Source: a virus (lineage: Duplodnaviria; Caudoviricetes). From it: DNA of 27,194 bases. The stretch covers positions 1 through 27,194 of IMG/VR virus record IMGVR_UViG_3300046115_000084; one strand, 5' to 3'. Each line of letters starts with the position of its first letter. Positions within the stretch are counted from its first letter, which is position 1. The position numbers and the translations under genes are program-made. The notes under the pieces were generated by a model. It did no database searches, was not told the origin of the DNA, and saw only the letters and a list, made by a program, of their open reading frames with translations. Below are positions 16,600 through 25,018 of this stretch, piece by piece.

Positions 16600-16845
16600 A
16601 TGGACACCCAGGACCGGGAGGGAGCGGAGGAGCTGAGCGTCCAGCCCTTGGCGGACGGGCAGCGACGCGTGCTGCGGATTATCCAGCAGTACATCGACTT
16701 CAGAGGCAAGGCGCCCACGACTGCCTACGTCGCAGAATGCCTGCAGCTCAACCACAAGACGGTCCGCGAGCACCTCCGGGCCTGCCACCGGAAGGGCTGG
16801 CTGCGGACGCCGACCCCTGGCGGGTTCTGGTGTCGCATCGGCTGA
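16600..16845 (+). CDS. Stand-alone LexA-type winged-HTH DNA-binding protein (no peptidase domain)
   Basis: LADGQRRVLRIIQQYIDFRGKAPTTAYVAECLQLNHKTVREHLRACHRKGWL matches the LexA N-domain pattern (LT.RQ..VL.FI......G.PPT..EIA...G......V..HL.AL..KG.I). Confidence 0.8.
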   Translation: MDTQDREGAEELSVQPLADGQRRVLRIIQQYIDFRGKAPTTAYVAECLQLNHKTVREHLRACHRKGWLRTPTPGGFWCRIG

Positions 16846-16910
16846 CCCCCCAAAAAATGGGGGGTGCCGAAGAGGGTCCGAAACTGAGTACCCCCCAACC
16901 TTTAGGGCTT
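16845..16910. promoter_or_regulatory. Paired palindromic operator-like sites upstream of the capsid gene
   Basis: ACCCCCCA-AAAAA-TGGGGGGT (16845-16865) and degenerate copy ACCCCCCAACCTTTAGGGCTT (16890-16910). Confidence 0.55.
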
Positions 16911-16948
16911 TCGTGTCAGCGGCGTTTCGCTGCACCGTGGAGGTCGAG

Positions 16949-19030
16949 ATGCGTCCTGTCCCGGCGGCACAGCCACAGGTCGGTCCCAGGTCGGTCCAGA
17001 TGGTCCCGCTTTCGATCCGGGCGGCGCTGGAGAGTGTCAACGAGGAGACCCGGACGGTCGACCTCGTGTTCTCGACCGGCGCCGCCGTCGAGCGCATGGA
17101 CTTCTGGACCGGGAAACGCTACATCGAGACCCTGTCACTCGAGCCCGCGCACGTCCGCCTCGAGCGGCTGAACGACGGCGGGCCCCTTCTGGACGCACAC
17201 GGGGCCTGGTCGGTTTCGGATCAGCTCGGAGCCGTCGTTCCCGGCAGCGTCAGCCTGATGAAGAAGGAAGCGCGCGCGCGTGTGCAGTTCTCGAAGCGCG
17301 CGGCCGTCGAGGAAATCTGGCAGGACGTCCGGGACGGCCTGATCCGGAGCGTCTCCGTCGGCTACAGGGTCTACAAGGTCGAGGAGACCGAGGGCAAGGG
17401 CAACGCGCTCCCGGTGCGCCGCGCGATCGACTGGGAGCCGTTCGAGATCTCGATGGTTCCGATCCCGGCCGACGCTGGCGCGAAGGTGCGCGACGGGAAA
17501 TCCGACGAAGCGAACGTGTGCGAGATCGTGCCGCCGGGATATGTCGCCCGCGCGGCAGGTCCGGTGCCAGCTGCGGCGCCGGCGAAGACTCCGGTCGCAG
17601 CAGCGACCACGACGAAGGAGACGCTCATGGAAGACCGGTCCGAGACCATCATGGATCCCGGGGATACGCCTCTGGCTCCGGCGAAGCCGGCGAAGCCAGC
17701 CGAGCCGGCCGAGCCCAACGAACGCGACGCCGGCGTCACGGCGGAGCGGGTCCGTGTGGAGGGCATCCGGAACGCCTGCCTCGCGGCCAGGCTCCCGCGG
17801 TCCTTCGAGGACAAGCTGATCAAGGAAGGCACCCCGCTCGTGGACGCTCAGGGTCGGGTCTTCGACGAGCTGCGCAAGCGCACCGATCCGAACGGTGCCC
17901 CCAGTCCCGCCGGCGCCAGCGGCATCACCGTCGGCGACGATCCGATGGAGCACAAGCGCAAGGCCATCGAAGGTGCCCTGCTGCATCGCCTGGCACCCGA
18001 CATGTTCAAGCTGGATCCCGAGGCTCGCCAGTACCGCGGCATGGGCCTCCTGGACATCGGGGACGTGTTTCTCCGCGCCCAGGGCGTGCGCATCATGGGG
18101 ATGACCAAGATGGAGCGCGCGGGAGCGGTCCTCGGGCTGGCCACGCGCGTCGGGATGCACACGATCACCGACTTCCCGCTGCTGCTCGCGGACGTCGCGA
18201 ACAAGGTGTTGCGTGCGGCCTACGAGGCTGCACCCCAGACCTGGCTGCCGCTCGCGAAGGCTGTGCCCCTCTCCGACTTCAAGGCCAGCAACCAGCTCCA
18301 GGTGGGCACCGCCCCCGCACTGCTCGAGGTCCTCGAGCACGGCGAATTCACGCGGGGAACGATCGCCGAGGCCAAGGAGGCCATCCAGCTCAAGACCTAC
18401 GGGCGCGTCTTCGCGATCACCCGCCAGGCGCTGATCAACGACGACACCGGCGCCTTCGCGGAGGTGCCGGCATCGTTCGGTCGTTCGGCTCGGAACAAGG
18501 AGAGCGACCTCGCCTGGGCTCAGATCACCAGCAACCCGGCGATGGGCGACGGCGTCGTCCTCTTCCACGCCACGCACGGCAACCTCGCCGGCGCCGCGGC
18601 CGCCATCTCCATCGACGCAATCGGGATCGGCCGCGCCGCGCTGCGCAAGATGAAGGACATCGACGCCGCGACGATCTTGAATCTGAGCCCGAACTTCCTG
18701 CTCGTGCCCGCGGCCAAGGAGACGATCGCCGACCAGTTTGTGAGCACGAACCTCATGGCATCGGGCTCCAGCGCCGTGAACCCCTTCGCCGGTCGGCTGC
18801 AGGTCATCAGCGAGCCGCGCCTCGACGTGGCCAGCGCGACGGCCTGGTATCTCGCGACGAACGTCGCGCAGTGCCCGGTGCTGCTCTACGGGACGCTCGA
18901 CGGGCAGCCCGGTCCGCAGATTGATCAGCAGCTCGGCTTCGACGTGGACGGCCTGCAGATCAAGTGCCGGCTGGACGTGGCCTTCAAGGCTGCGGACTGG
19001 CACGGGATCTTCCGGAACGACGGCGCGTAA
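16949..19030 (+). CDS. Prohead serine protease - scaffold - major capsid protein fusion (HK97 fold, Mu gpT-like capsid)
   Basis: PLLDAH, SVSVGY, WEPFEISMVPIPAD protease motifs; HTITDFPLLL.DVANK.L...Y, TYGRVFAITRQALINDD capsid motifs; GGAGG SD before ATG 16949. Confidence 0.95.
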   Translation: MRPVPAAQPQVGPRSVQMVPLSIRAALESVNEETRTVDLVFSTGAAVERMDFWTGKRYIETLSLEPAHVRLERLNDGGPLLDAHGAWSVSDQLGAVVPGSVSLMKKEARARVQFSKRAAVEEIWQDVRDGLIRSVSVGYRVYKVEETEGKGNALPVRRAIDWEPFEISMVPIPADAGAKVRDGKSDEANVCEIVPPGYVARAAGPVPAAAPAKTPVAAATTTKETLMEDRSETIMDPGDTPLAPAKPAKPAEPAEPNERDAGVTAERVRVEGIRNACLAARLPRSFEDKLIKEGTPLVDAQGRVFDELRKRTDPNGAPSPAGASGITVGDDPMEHKRKAIEGALLHRLAPDMFKLDPEARQYRGMGLLDIGDVFLRAQGVRIMGMTKMERAGAVLGLATRVGMHTITDFPLLLADVANKVLRAAYEAAPQTWLPLAKAVPLSDFKASNQLQVGTAPALLEVLEHGEFTRGTIAEAKEAIQLKTYGRVFAITRQALINDDTGAFAEVPASFGRSARNKESDLAWAQITSNPAMGDGVVLFHATHGNLAGAAAAISIDAIGIGRAALRKMKDIDAATILNLSPNFLLVPAAKETIADQFVSTNLMASGSSAVNPFAGRLQVISEPRLDVASATAWYLATNVAQCPVLLYGTLDGQPGPQIDQQLGFDVDGLQIKCRLDVAFKAADWHGIFRNDGA

Positions 19031-19074
19031 GGCTGCGGGCTCAAGCGAGGCTCTAGTAAGAAGAGAGAGGAATC

Positions 19075-19425
19075 ATGAAGACCTTCAGCCAGCCGGGAGA
19101 CGCGGTCACGTTCACTGCCCCCACCGGCGGGGTAGTCGCGGGGACCGGGGTGAAGATCGGGGATCTCCTGGTCATCCCGGACATCAGCGCCGCCCAGACC
19201 CTGCCGTTCACCGGAGTCGCGAACGGCGTCGTGGAGCACGCCAAGCTCAGCGCGCAGGCGTGGACCGAGGGGCAGCAGGTCAACTGGGACGACACGAACA
19301 AGCGGTTCACCACCGTGACCACCGGCAACTTCCGGGCGGGTGTGGCCTATGCGGTGGCCGCGAACCCGAGTGCGACCGGCCTCGTCAAGCTGGCCGGCGT
19401 CAACCTGGGGGCGGCGCTCGCCTAG
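19075..19425 (+). CDS. DUF2190 capsid cement/decoration protein
   Basis: MKTFSQPGDAVTFTAP.GGVVAG..VKIGDL...GQQVNWDDTNKRFT; follows capsid gene. Confidence 0.92.
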   Translation: MKTFSQPGDAVTFTAPTGGVVAGTGVKIGDLLVIPDISAAQTLPFTGVANGVVEHAKLSAQAWTEGQQVNWDDTNKRFTTVTTGNFRAGVAYAVAANPSATGLVKLAGVNLGAALA

Positions 19426-19446
19426 AGCGGCGGCTCCGATAGTGAG

Positions 19447-19779
19447 GTGGACCTGGGGGCACTGCGGGAGCTAGTCCGGGACGTCAACTTCGCCACTCAT
19501 GGCGTCCCGGCGACCGTCACGCCTCCAGGTGCCCCCGCCGTCACCACCCGCGTCATCTGGCTCACCCCGCTCTCCGTGCAGAGCCCGGTCGGCGCGAGCT
19601 TCACCAGGACCGAAGCCCAGCGCATCGTGGCCATCCCGCGCGACGACGTGCCCGAGGTTCCGCGTGGGACGCTCCTCGCCGTCACCGAGCCCTTCCAGTC
19701 GGCGCCTGTGGCGTGGAAGGTGGACGGGATCGACGAGGTCCGCGCTGACCACTACCGCGCCGTGGTGATCCCCGCATGA
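19447..19779 (+). CDS. Head-tail joining/closure protein (gpFII-like)
   Basis: Size, synteny and pattern FATHGVPATVTP...PRG.L......W.VD. Confidence 0.75.
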   Translation: MDLGALRELVRDVNFATHGVPATVTPPGAPAVTTRVIWLTPLSVQSPVGASFTRTEAQRIVAIPRDDVPEVPRGTLLAVTEPFQSAPVAWKVDGIDEVRADHYRAVVIPA

Positions 19780-20276
19780 GCACCGAGCCTCCCCGCAGCC
19801 GGCGGATGGCCGCGCTCGAGGACCTCCTCGCGCGCCTGGCCTACATCCAGACCGCGAAGGGCTACAACACGAACGCCGGCGCGCAGATTTTCCAGGGGGA
19901 GGCCCCCCGGTTCGGCAGCCCGGAAGACGAGCCCGCCGCGCTCGCGGTCTTCGTGGGCGACGACTCGCCCGAGATGCAGGGCGGAACGGTGCGCACCCGT
20001 GTGCCGTTCGAAATCTGGGCCTGCGTGCACGTCGGACTCGCCTCGCCGCTTCTGCTGGTTGAGGCCGTCATCGCCGACATCCGCACGGCGGTGGAGATCG
20101 AGAAGGACGGAGCCACGGATAGGTCGCTCGGGATCTTCGATGGCGTCCCGGCGACGATGCCGACCGGCTTAGATCGCGGGCCGACGCGCGCCCTCCGGCG
20201 CGAGCAGGGCAGCGAGTTTGTGGGGGCGTCGGTCGAGTACGTCGCGCGCTTCGAAACGCGCTGGGGGCAGGCGTGA
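19776..20276 (+). CDS. Tail terminator/completion protein (gpU-like)
   Basis: RLAYIQTAKGYNTNAG motif typical of this position; synteny. Confidence 0.7.
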   Translation: MSTEPPRSRRMAALEDLLARLAYIQTAKGYNTNAGAQIFQGEAPRFGSPEDEPAALAVFVGDDSPEMQGGTVRTRVPFEIWACVHVGLASPLLLVEAVIADIRTAVEIEKDGATDRSLGIFDGVPATMPTGLDRGPTRALRREQGSEFVGASVEYVARFETRWGQA

Positions 20277-20839
20277 GCATCGTGCAATTCGCCCGGGATC
20301 TCGGCGAGCTCCGGCGCGACCTGGAGGCCCTCGGAGCCCAGGGCCCGATCGTAGCCGCCCGGGCCGTGAACCGGGCAGCCACCAGCGGCCGCGCCGCCAT
20401 GGCGCAGGCGATCAGGGCGGATGCGGGGCTCGGAGGCCAGGCCGTGAAAGACGCGATCCGGATCGAGAAGGCGACGAAGTCGCGGCCCAAGGCGGTCGTG
20501 GAGGTGGCTGGCAGGCGCATTCCGCTGATCGCCTTCCAGGCGCGGGGGCCCGAGCCGTCGCGTGGCCGGGGCAGGGGGGTGTCGTACCGGCTGCCGGGCG
20601 GCCGCGGCCGCGTGCCCAACGCCTTCATCGCCCCGATGCGCAGCGGGCACCGGGGCGTGTTCAAGCGGCGCCCGGGGGCGAAGCGGCTGCCGGTCACCGA
20701 GCTGCATGGCCCGTCGATTCCGCACGTCTTCGAGAAGCGGTTCGCGGTGTTCCTGGAGGCCGCCGACAAGGCGCTCGTGAAGAACCTCGCGAGCGAGATC
20801 AGTTTCGCGCAGAGCAAAGCGCAATCGGAGCCGGAATGA
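20273..20839 (+). CDS. Minor tail/tail completion protein, lambda gpZ family
   Basis: ARAVNRAA, IPLIAFQAR, AFIAPMRSGHRGVFKR, RLPV.ELHGPSIP. Confidence 0.9.
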   Translation: MSIVQFARDLGELRRDLEALGAQGPIVAARAVNRAATSGRAAMAQAIRADAGLGGQAVKDAIRIEKATKSRPKAVVEVAGRRIPLIAFQARGPEPSRGRGRGVSYRLPGGRGRVPNAFIAPMRSGHRGVFKRRPGAKRLPVTELHGPSIPHVFEKRFAVFLEAADKALVKNLASEISFAQSKAQSEPE

Positions 20840-20850
20840 AGGAGAGGATC

Positions 20851-21420
20851 ATGAAGAAGAAGATGCTGGCCGCGGTGGCGGCCTTCTGCGCCCTCGTGCT
20901 CGCGCTCGCGATCCAGGGAGACGCCGCGACGACCCTCGCCGCCACGGTGCGGATCCAGGTCACCGGCGGCTTCGACAACGCCCTGGACCTGACCAACGTC
21001 CAGTCGCCACTGAGCTACGCCAACGCGATCGCTTTCAGCAACGGAACCGGCGCGAACCAGGCCGACGTCATCTTCACCGACACGCGGGCGGTGGCCGCGG
21101 CCGAGGACCTGGACGTATCGGCTGGCGCTTTGCAGACCGCATTCGGTGCGACGTTCACGATCGCCGAGCTGAAGCTCCTCGTCGTCTGCGCCTCGACCGC
21201 GAACACGGGCAATGTGGTGCTCGGGGGTGATGCCGCCTCCGTCCTGTTCTTGAGCGTGGCGACCACCACCACGTCGATCAAGCCCGGCGGGTGCTTCGTC
21301 TACGCAGACCCGAGCGCCACAGGCACGGCGGTCACGAACTCGACCGCGGACGTCATCCAGGTGGCGCCGTCAGCGGGCACGCAGACCTACTCGATCATCA
21401 TCATGGGCTCCTCGAGCTAG
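20851..21420 (+). CDS. Signal-peptide-bearing beta-rich virion-like protein within the tail module
   Basis: SD GGAGAGG before ATG 20851 (coupled in-frame ATG 20836); MKKKMLAAVAAFCALVLALAIQGDA|A; NGTGANQADVIFTDTR...EDLD...AFGATFT. Confidence 0.85.
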   Translation: MKKKMLAAVAAFCALVLALAIQGDAATTLAATVRIQVTGGFDNALDLTNVQSPLSYANAIAFSNGTGANQADVIFTDTRAVAAAEDLDVSAGALQTAFGATFTIAELKLLVVCASTANTGNVVLGGDAASVLFLSVATTTTSIKPGGCFVYADPSATGTAVTNSTADVIQVAPSAGTQTYSIIIMGSSS

Positions 21421-21453
21421 GCCTGCGCTCGAGCTGAAGAAGGAGAAGGAATC

Positions 21454-21885
21454 ATGGCGGAACACGCAACGCAGGCAGTCCTCGGGCACGGGACGCAGAT
21501 CCAACGCGGGGGCCTGCTCCTGGCCGACCCCTTCACGAACGTGATGGAGGTGATCGCGTTCGAGTCGCCCGACGAACAGGGCGACGACATCGAGGTGAGC
21601 CACTTCGAGAGCCCGGGCAAGATCAAGGAGTTCATCCGCGGCATGATCGACGCCGGCGAGGCCTCGATCTCCGTCAACTGGAACCCCACGGTCTACGCCT
21701 CCCACGCCTCGCTGCGCTCCGACAAGGAGGACGGGCTGCTGAGGTACTACCGCTTCATCCTGCCCGGCGCGATGGAGACGATCACCTTCCGCGCCTACGT
21801 CAAGGGCCTGAAGCGCAACGCGGACCCGAACGGCGCCGTCACGGCCGACGTCAGCTTCAAGGTGTCCACGATCACGGCCGTCTAG
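21454..21885 (+). CDS. Major tail tube protein (lambda gpV N-domain-like)
   Basis: LGHGTQIQRG, DDIEVSHFESPGKIKEFIRGMIDAGEASISVNWNP, ITFRAYV. Confidence 0.92.
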   Translation: MAEHATQAVLGHGTQIQRGGLLLADPFTNVMEVIAFESPDEQGDDIEVSHFESPGKIKEFIRGMIDAGEASISVNWNPTVYASHASLRSDKEDGLLRYYRFILPGAMETITFRAYVKGLKRNADPNGAVTADVSFKVSTITAV

Positions 21886-21893
21886 AGGACAGC

Positions 21894-22283
21894 ATGGCAA
21901 ATCGACTGAAGGGCGAGGTCGCTGTCGAGCTCGGCGTGGGCGACGCCAAGAGGATCGTGGTCTTCCGCCTCGGGATCAACGAGCTGATCGAGCTGCAGAA
22001 GGAATACGGGCTCGAGACGGATGACGAGGGATTCCTGACGGCCCTCGACAACCGGAAGAGCCTGCGGCGTCGGCGTGCTCTCGTGCGCGCGGCGATGCTG
22101 TTCAAACAGCCCGAGACGACGGAGGAAGAGGCGGGCGAGGTGATCACCGAGCTCGGGATCAAACGAATGGATGAAGTGATCGAGGAAACCCTGCAGTGGG
22201 CGTTGCCTGACAAGTCTCAGGCTCCGCAAGGCCCCACCAAGGGAAAAGCCGTCGCCGCTTCTCCTGGGACGCTGCCCTCGTAG
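21894..22283 (+). CDS. Tail assembly chaperone (gpG-like)
   Basis: MANRLKGEV...FRLGINELIELQ; located between tube and tape measure; slippery site near 3' end. Confidence 0.88.
   Translation: MANRLKGEVAVELGVGDAKRIVVFRLGINELIELQKEYGLETDDEGFLTALDNRKSLRRRRALVRAAMLFKQPETTEEEAGEVITELGIKRMDEVIEETLQWALPDKSQAPQGPTKGKAVAASPGTLPS
22241..22247 (+). promoter_or_regulatory. -1 programmed ribosomal frameshift site G GGA AAA
   Basis: X XXY YYZ heptamer in the correct phase of the G ORF; -1 frame open to 22600. Confidence 0.9.
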
Positions 22284-22600
22284 AAGCCGCCCGGGCCGGG
22301 ATCTCCCCGGACGAGTTTCATCGCTCGACGCTGAGGGAGATCGCGGTTCAGATCGCGGGTCGCCAGTGGCAACAGGAGCAGCGGGCCCGCGTCGCCGTCA
22401 TGGGGGCCTCGCTCTCCGCGAAGCTAGCTAGGCTTCCGGCGAAGCAGTTCCGCTCAGCGATTCGCTCCATTGAACGGATGCTCCAGAAAGACCCTGGCGC
22501 GACCGAACGCCAGACACCCGAACAGACGCGCGTGCTGATCCTCGACTGGGCGGCACAAGCCGGCCTGAAGGTGGAGCGTCACGAGAGGCCGGTGATCTAG
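22241..22600 (+). CDS. gpT-like extension of the G-T chaperone fusion (GKSRRRFSWDAALVEAARAGISPDEFHRSTLREI...ERPVI)
   Basis: GISPDEF...TLREI motif typical of gpT; no own start before 22400; ends flush with tape-measure ATG. Confidence 0.88.
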   Translation, partial: GKSRRRFSWDAALVEAARAGISPDEFHRSTLREIAVQIAGRQWQQEQRARVAVMGASLSAKLARLPAKQFRSAIRSIERMLQKDPGATERQTPEQTRVLILDWAAQAGLKVERHERPVI

Positions 22601-25018
22601 ATGGCCGATAGCATCCGCCGCCTCCGCGTCGAGCTCGAGGCGGGCTCGACATCCTTCGCCAAGGGCTTTAAGGACGCGGCGACATCTGTCGACGGCCTTG
22701 GAAAGAGCATCAAGAGCCTCAACATCGACAGACTCCATGCCGAAGCCCTAAGGATGAATAATGCCTTCGACGAAAGTCGAGGGCGCGCGGGCAGGCTCGC
22801 CGATAGCATCGGACGCGTCAGCACGACGCTCGCGCGTTCGGCTGCTGCCTTCGGACTCCCGACGCAGGCGCTGCGCACCCTCGACGATGTGGCCGACGTC
22901 GCGGAGCTTGGGTTCAACAATCTAACGAAGGCCGCCGTTGGCTTCAACGCCGCCTCGATCGGTGTGGCCGGCGCCGGACTTGCGATCGGAGTGGGGCTTG
23001 GGAACATTTTGAACGGGTTCCAAGCGGTACGTACGGCCGCGGACAACGCGACGCGCGGGCTATTCGACTTCCTCGCCGCGAACAAGCTCTTTGGCGAGTC
23101 CACGCGCGACGCCGGCGCCGGCCAGGAGGCGGGCATCAGCCAGTTCTCGATGGCGATGGCGGCGAAGCACGCCGAAGCCCTCGAGAAGCAAGTCGCTTCC
23201 ATGAAGGCGCAGGGCGCCTCGGTCAAGGACATCGCGAAGTTCTACGATGGATCCCTCACCCCGGCGCTCGAGAAGAAGCTCGGTCTGACGAAGGAGGACG
23301 TGAAGGCCGAAGAGCAGCACGCTGCTGCCGCGAAGAAATCGGCCGAGGCCTTCCGCGGCATGGTCGACGAGCTCTCTGGCGCCACAGCCCAGAAGCGAGC
23401 GGACGAGCTCGCCAGGGCCTTTCATGTGCTCGGCTCCAAGGGCGTGGCCGACCTCGACGCTCTGCGTCGCCAGTTGGAGCAGCTCGAGAAGCAGGGCGCC
23501 AAGATCTCGGACAAGGGCCTGTTGGGCGTTCTCCGTGGGGGCGACGTCGACGACCTCTCGTCCTTCAATCTGGGAGACCTCGGAGAGGATAGCGTCGTCA
23601 ACTTGGTCGAACGGGTCGCCAAGACTGGGGTCCAAGCCCAGCGCAGCTTCGACGCGATGGCCGCATCGTTCGCTGCAGCGAAGGTCCCGGCCGAGGACAT
23701 CGCCGACGCCCTCGATCTCGCGGGCGCCTCCGCTGAGCAGGCGCAGCGTGCGATCGCGCGGATTCCGACACTGGGCGTGGGCGCCTCGCTGAAGGCGGGC
23801 CTGGTGTCCGGCCTGAAGGGGCTTCCCCAGGTGATCCTCGGCGCGCTGCAGGGCGGCGGCGACGTCGGCAAGTCGATCGGCGCGCATCTCGGCGGTTCGA
23901 TCGGGGAGGGCATCGCCGGCCAGCTCACGAAGAAGCTCAGCGACGTCTTGGGCAAGACCCTGGGCGGCGCGCTCGGCTCCATCATCCCGGGGCTGGGCTC
24001 TCTGCTCGGGTCGCAGTTGGGGTCGCTCATCAGCAAGGGGCTCGGCAAGCTCGGAAGCCTCTTCGGCATCGGCGGCAACAAGCAGATCCAGGAGGTCAAC
24101 CGGCTCCGTGACGCCTTTCTCCAAGCGCAGGGCGGTTTCGTCGAGCTTCAGAAGAAGCTGCAGGGCCTGACGAACCAGGACCTCGTCAAGAAGATTTTCA
24201 ACGCGAAGACGGTCGAGGAGTTCAACGCCGCGGTCTCCGAGGTGACGGGGCTCCTCGGGAACCAGGAAGCGGCAACCCAGGCGCTGAAGGAAGCGACCGA
24301 CCGCTACGGCTTCAGCATCGAGGAGCTCGGGCCGACATTCCAGCGCCAGGAGCTCGACGCTCAGGCCGGCCAACTCCTAAAGGACTTCAGCCTGCTCACG
24401 GCCTCCGGCATCGACGTTGCGACCGTCATCGCGAAGATGGGTCCGAACCTGCTCGAGTTCGTGAACACGTCACGCTCGGCGGGCCAGGCGATCCCCGAAG
24501 CGATGCGCCCGATGATCGACCAGCTCCTCGCCTCGGGGCAGCTCGTCGATGAGAACGGCAAGGCCTTCGCGACTGCCGAGGAAGCCGGCATCACGTTCGC
24601 TCAGTCGCTAACGGAGGGGATGGCGGCCGTCGTCGATGAGATCCGGAATCTCGTGGCGGCGCTCACCGGGATTCCGCGCGACGTCACCACGACCGTCCAT
24701 GTCAACACCGAGCACACCAGCACCGGCGGCAGCGACATCCCGCTGCCCGAAGACGTTCAGAGCTTCGCGGACGGCGGCATCGGCAACTTCGGCTCCGGCA
24801 CGCTCGCGATGCTGCACGGCTGGGAGGCCATCGTCCCGCTCGACAGGGGAGGCGGCGCCCGCCCGGGGGGCACGCAGGTATCGATCACCCAGAACATCAA
24901 GGAAGATCCTTACCAGTCCTCCGAGGGTCGCCTCGCGCTCCGCCGGCGCACGCTCCAGATCGCGCAGCGCGAGCAGGACAAGCACCTCTCCGCCCAGATC
25001 CAAGCCGGGAAGGCGTGA
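22601..25018 (+). CDS. Tape measure protein, 805 aa (about 115-120 nm tail at ~0.15 nm/residue)
   Basis: Long Ala/Gly-rich helical protein after chaperones; C-terminal FADGG...AMLHG.EAIVPL motif. Confidence 0.93.
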   Translation: MADSIRRLRVELEAGSTSFAKGFKDAATSVDGLGKSIKSLNIDRLHAEALRMNNAFDESRGRAGRLADSIGRVSTTLARSAAAFGLPTQALRTLDDVADVAELGFNNLTKAAVGFNAASIGVAGAGLAIGVGLGNILNGFQAVRTAADNATRGLFDFLAANKLFGESTRDAGAGQEAGISQFSMAMAAKHAEALEKQVASMKAQGASVKDIAKFYDGSLTPALEKKLGLTKEDVKAEEQHAAAAKKSAEAFRGMVDELSGATAQKRADELARAFHVLGSKGVADLDALRRQLEQLEKQGAKISDKGLLGVLRGGDVDDLSSFNLGDLGEDSVVNLVERVAKTGVQAQRSFDAMAASFAAAKVPAEDIADALDLAGASAEQAQRAIARIPTLGVGASLKAGLVSGLKGLPQVILGALQGGGDVGKSIGAHLGGSIGEGIAGQLTKKLSDVLGKTLGGALGSIIPGLGSLLGSQLGSLISKGLGKLGSLFGIGGNKQIQEVNRLRDAFLQAQGGFVELQKKLQGLTNQDLVKKIFNAKTVEEFNAAVSEVTGLLGNQEAATQALKEATDRYGFSIEELGPTFQRQELDAQAGQLLKDFSLLTASGIDVATVIAKMGPNLLEFVNTSRSAGQAIPEAMRPMIDQLLASGQLVDENGKAFATAEEAGITFAQSLTEGMAAVVDEIRNLVAALTGIPRDVTTTVHVNTEHTSTGGSDIPLPEDVQSFADGGIGNFGSGTLAMLHGWEAIVPLDRGGGARPGGTQVSITQNIKEDPYQSSEGRLALRRRTLQIAQREQDKHLSAQIQAGKA

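Noticed and set aside
16600-16845. Calling this gene lexA or a CI-type repressor
   Set aside because: Only the DNA-binding domain is present; no Ala-Gly cleavage site or Ser/Lys peptidase domain
16845-16865. Inverted repeat as an intrinsic terminator
   Set aside because: No U-tract follows the stem on either strand; the A/T run is in the loop, which fits a protein-binding palindrome better
17135-19003. Long minus-strand ORFs (622 aa here; also 299-1333, 10059-11216, 15616-17097, 23060-24373, 24910-26298)
   Set aside because: Antisense shadows of GC3-rich plus-strand genes; Arg/Gly/Pro-biased with no recognisable motifs
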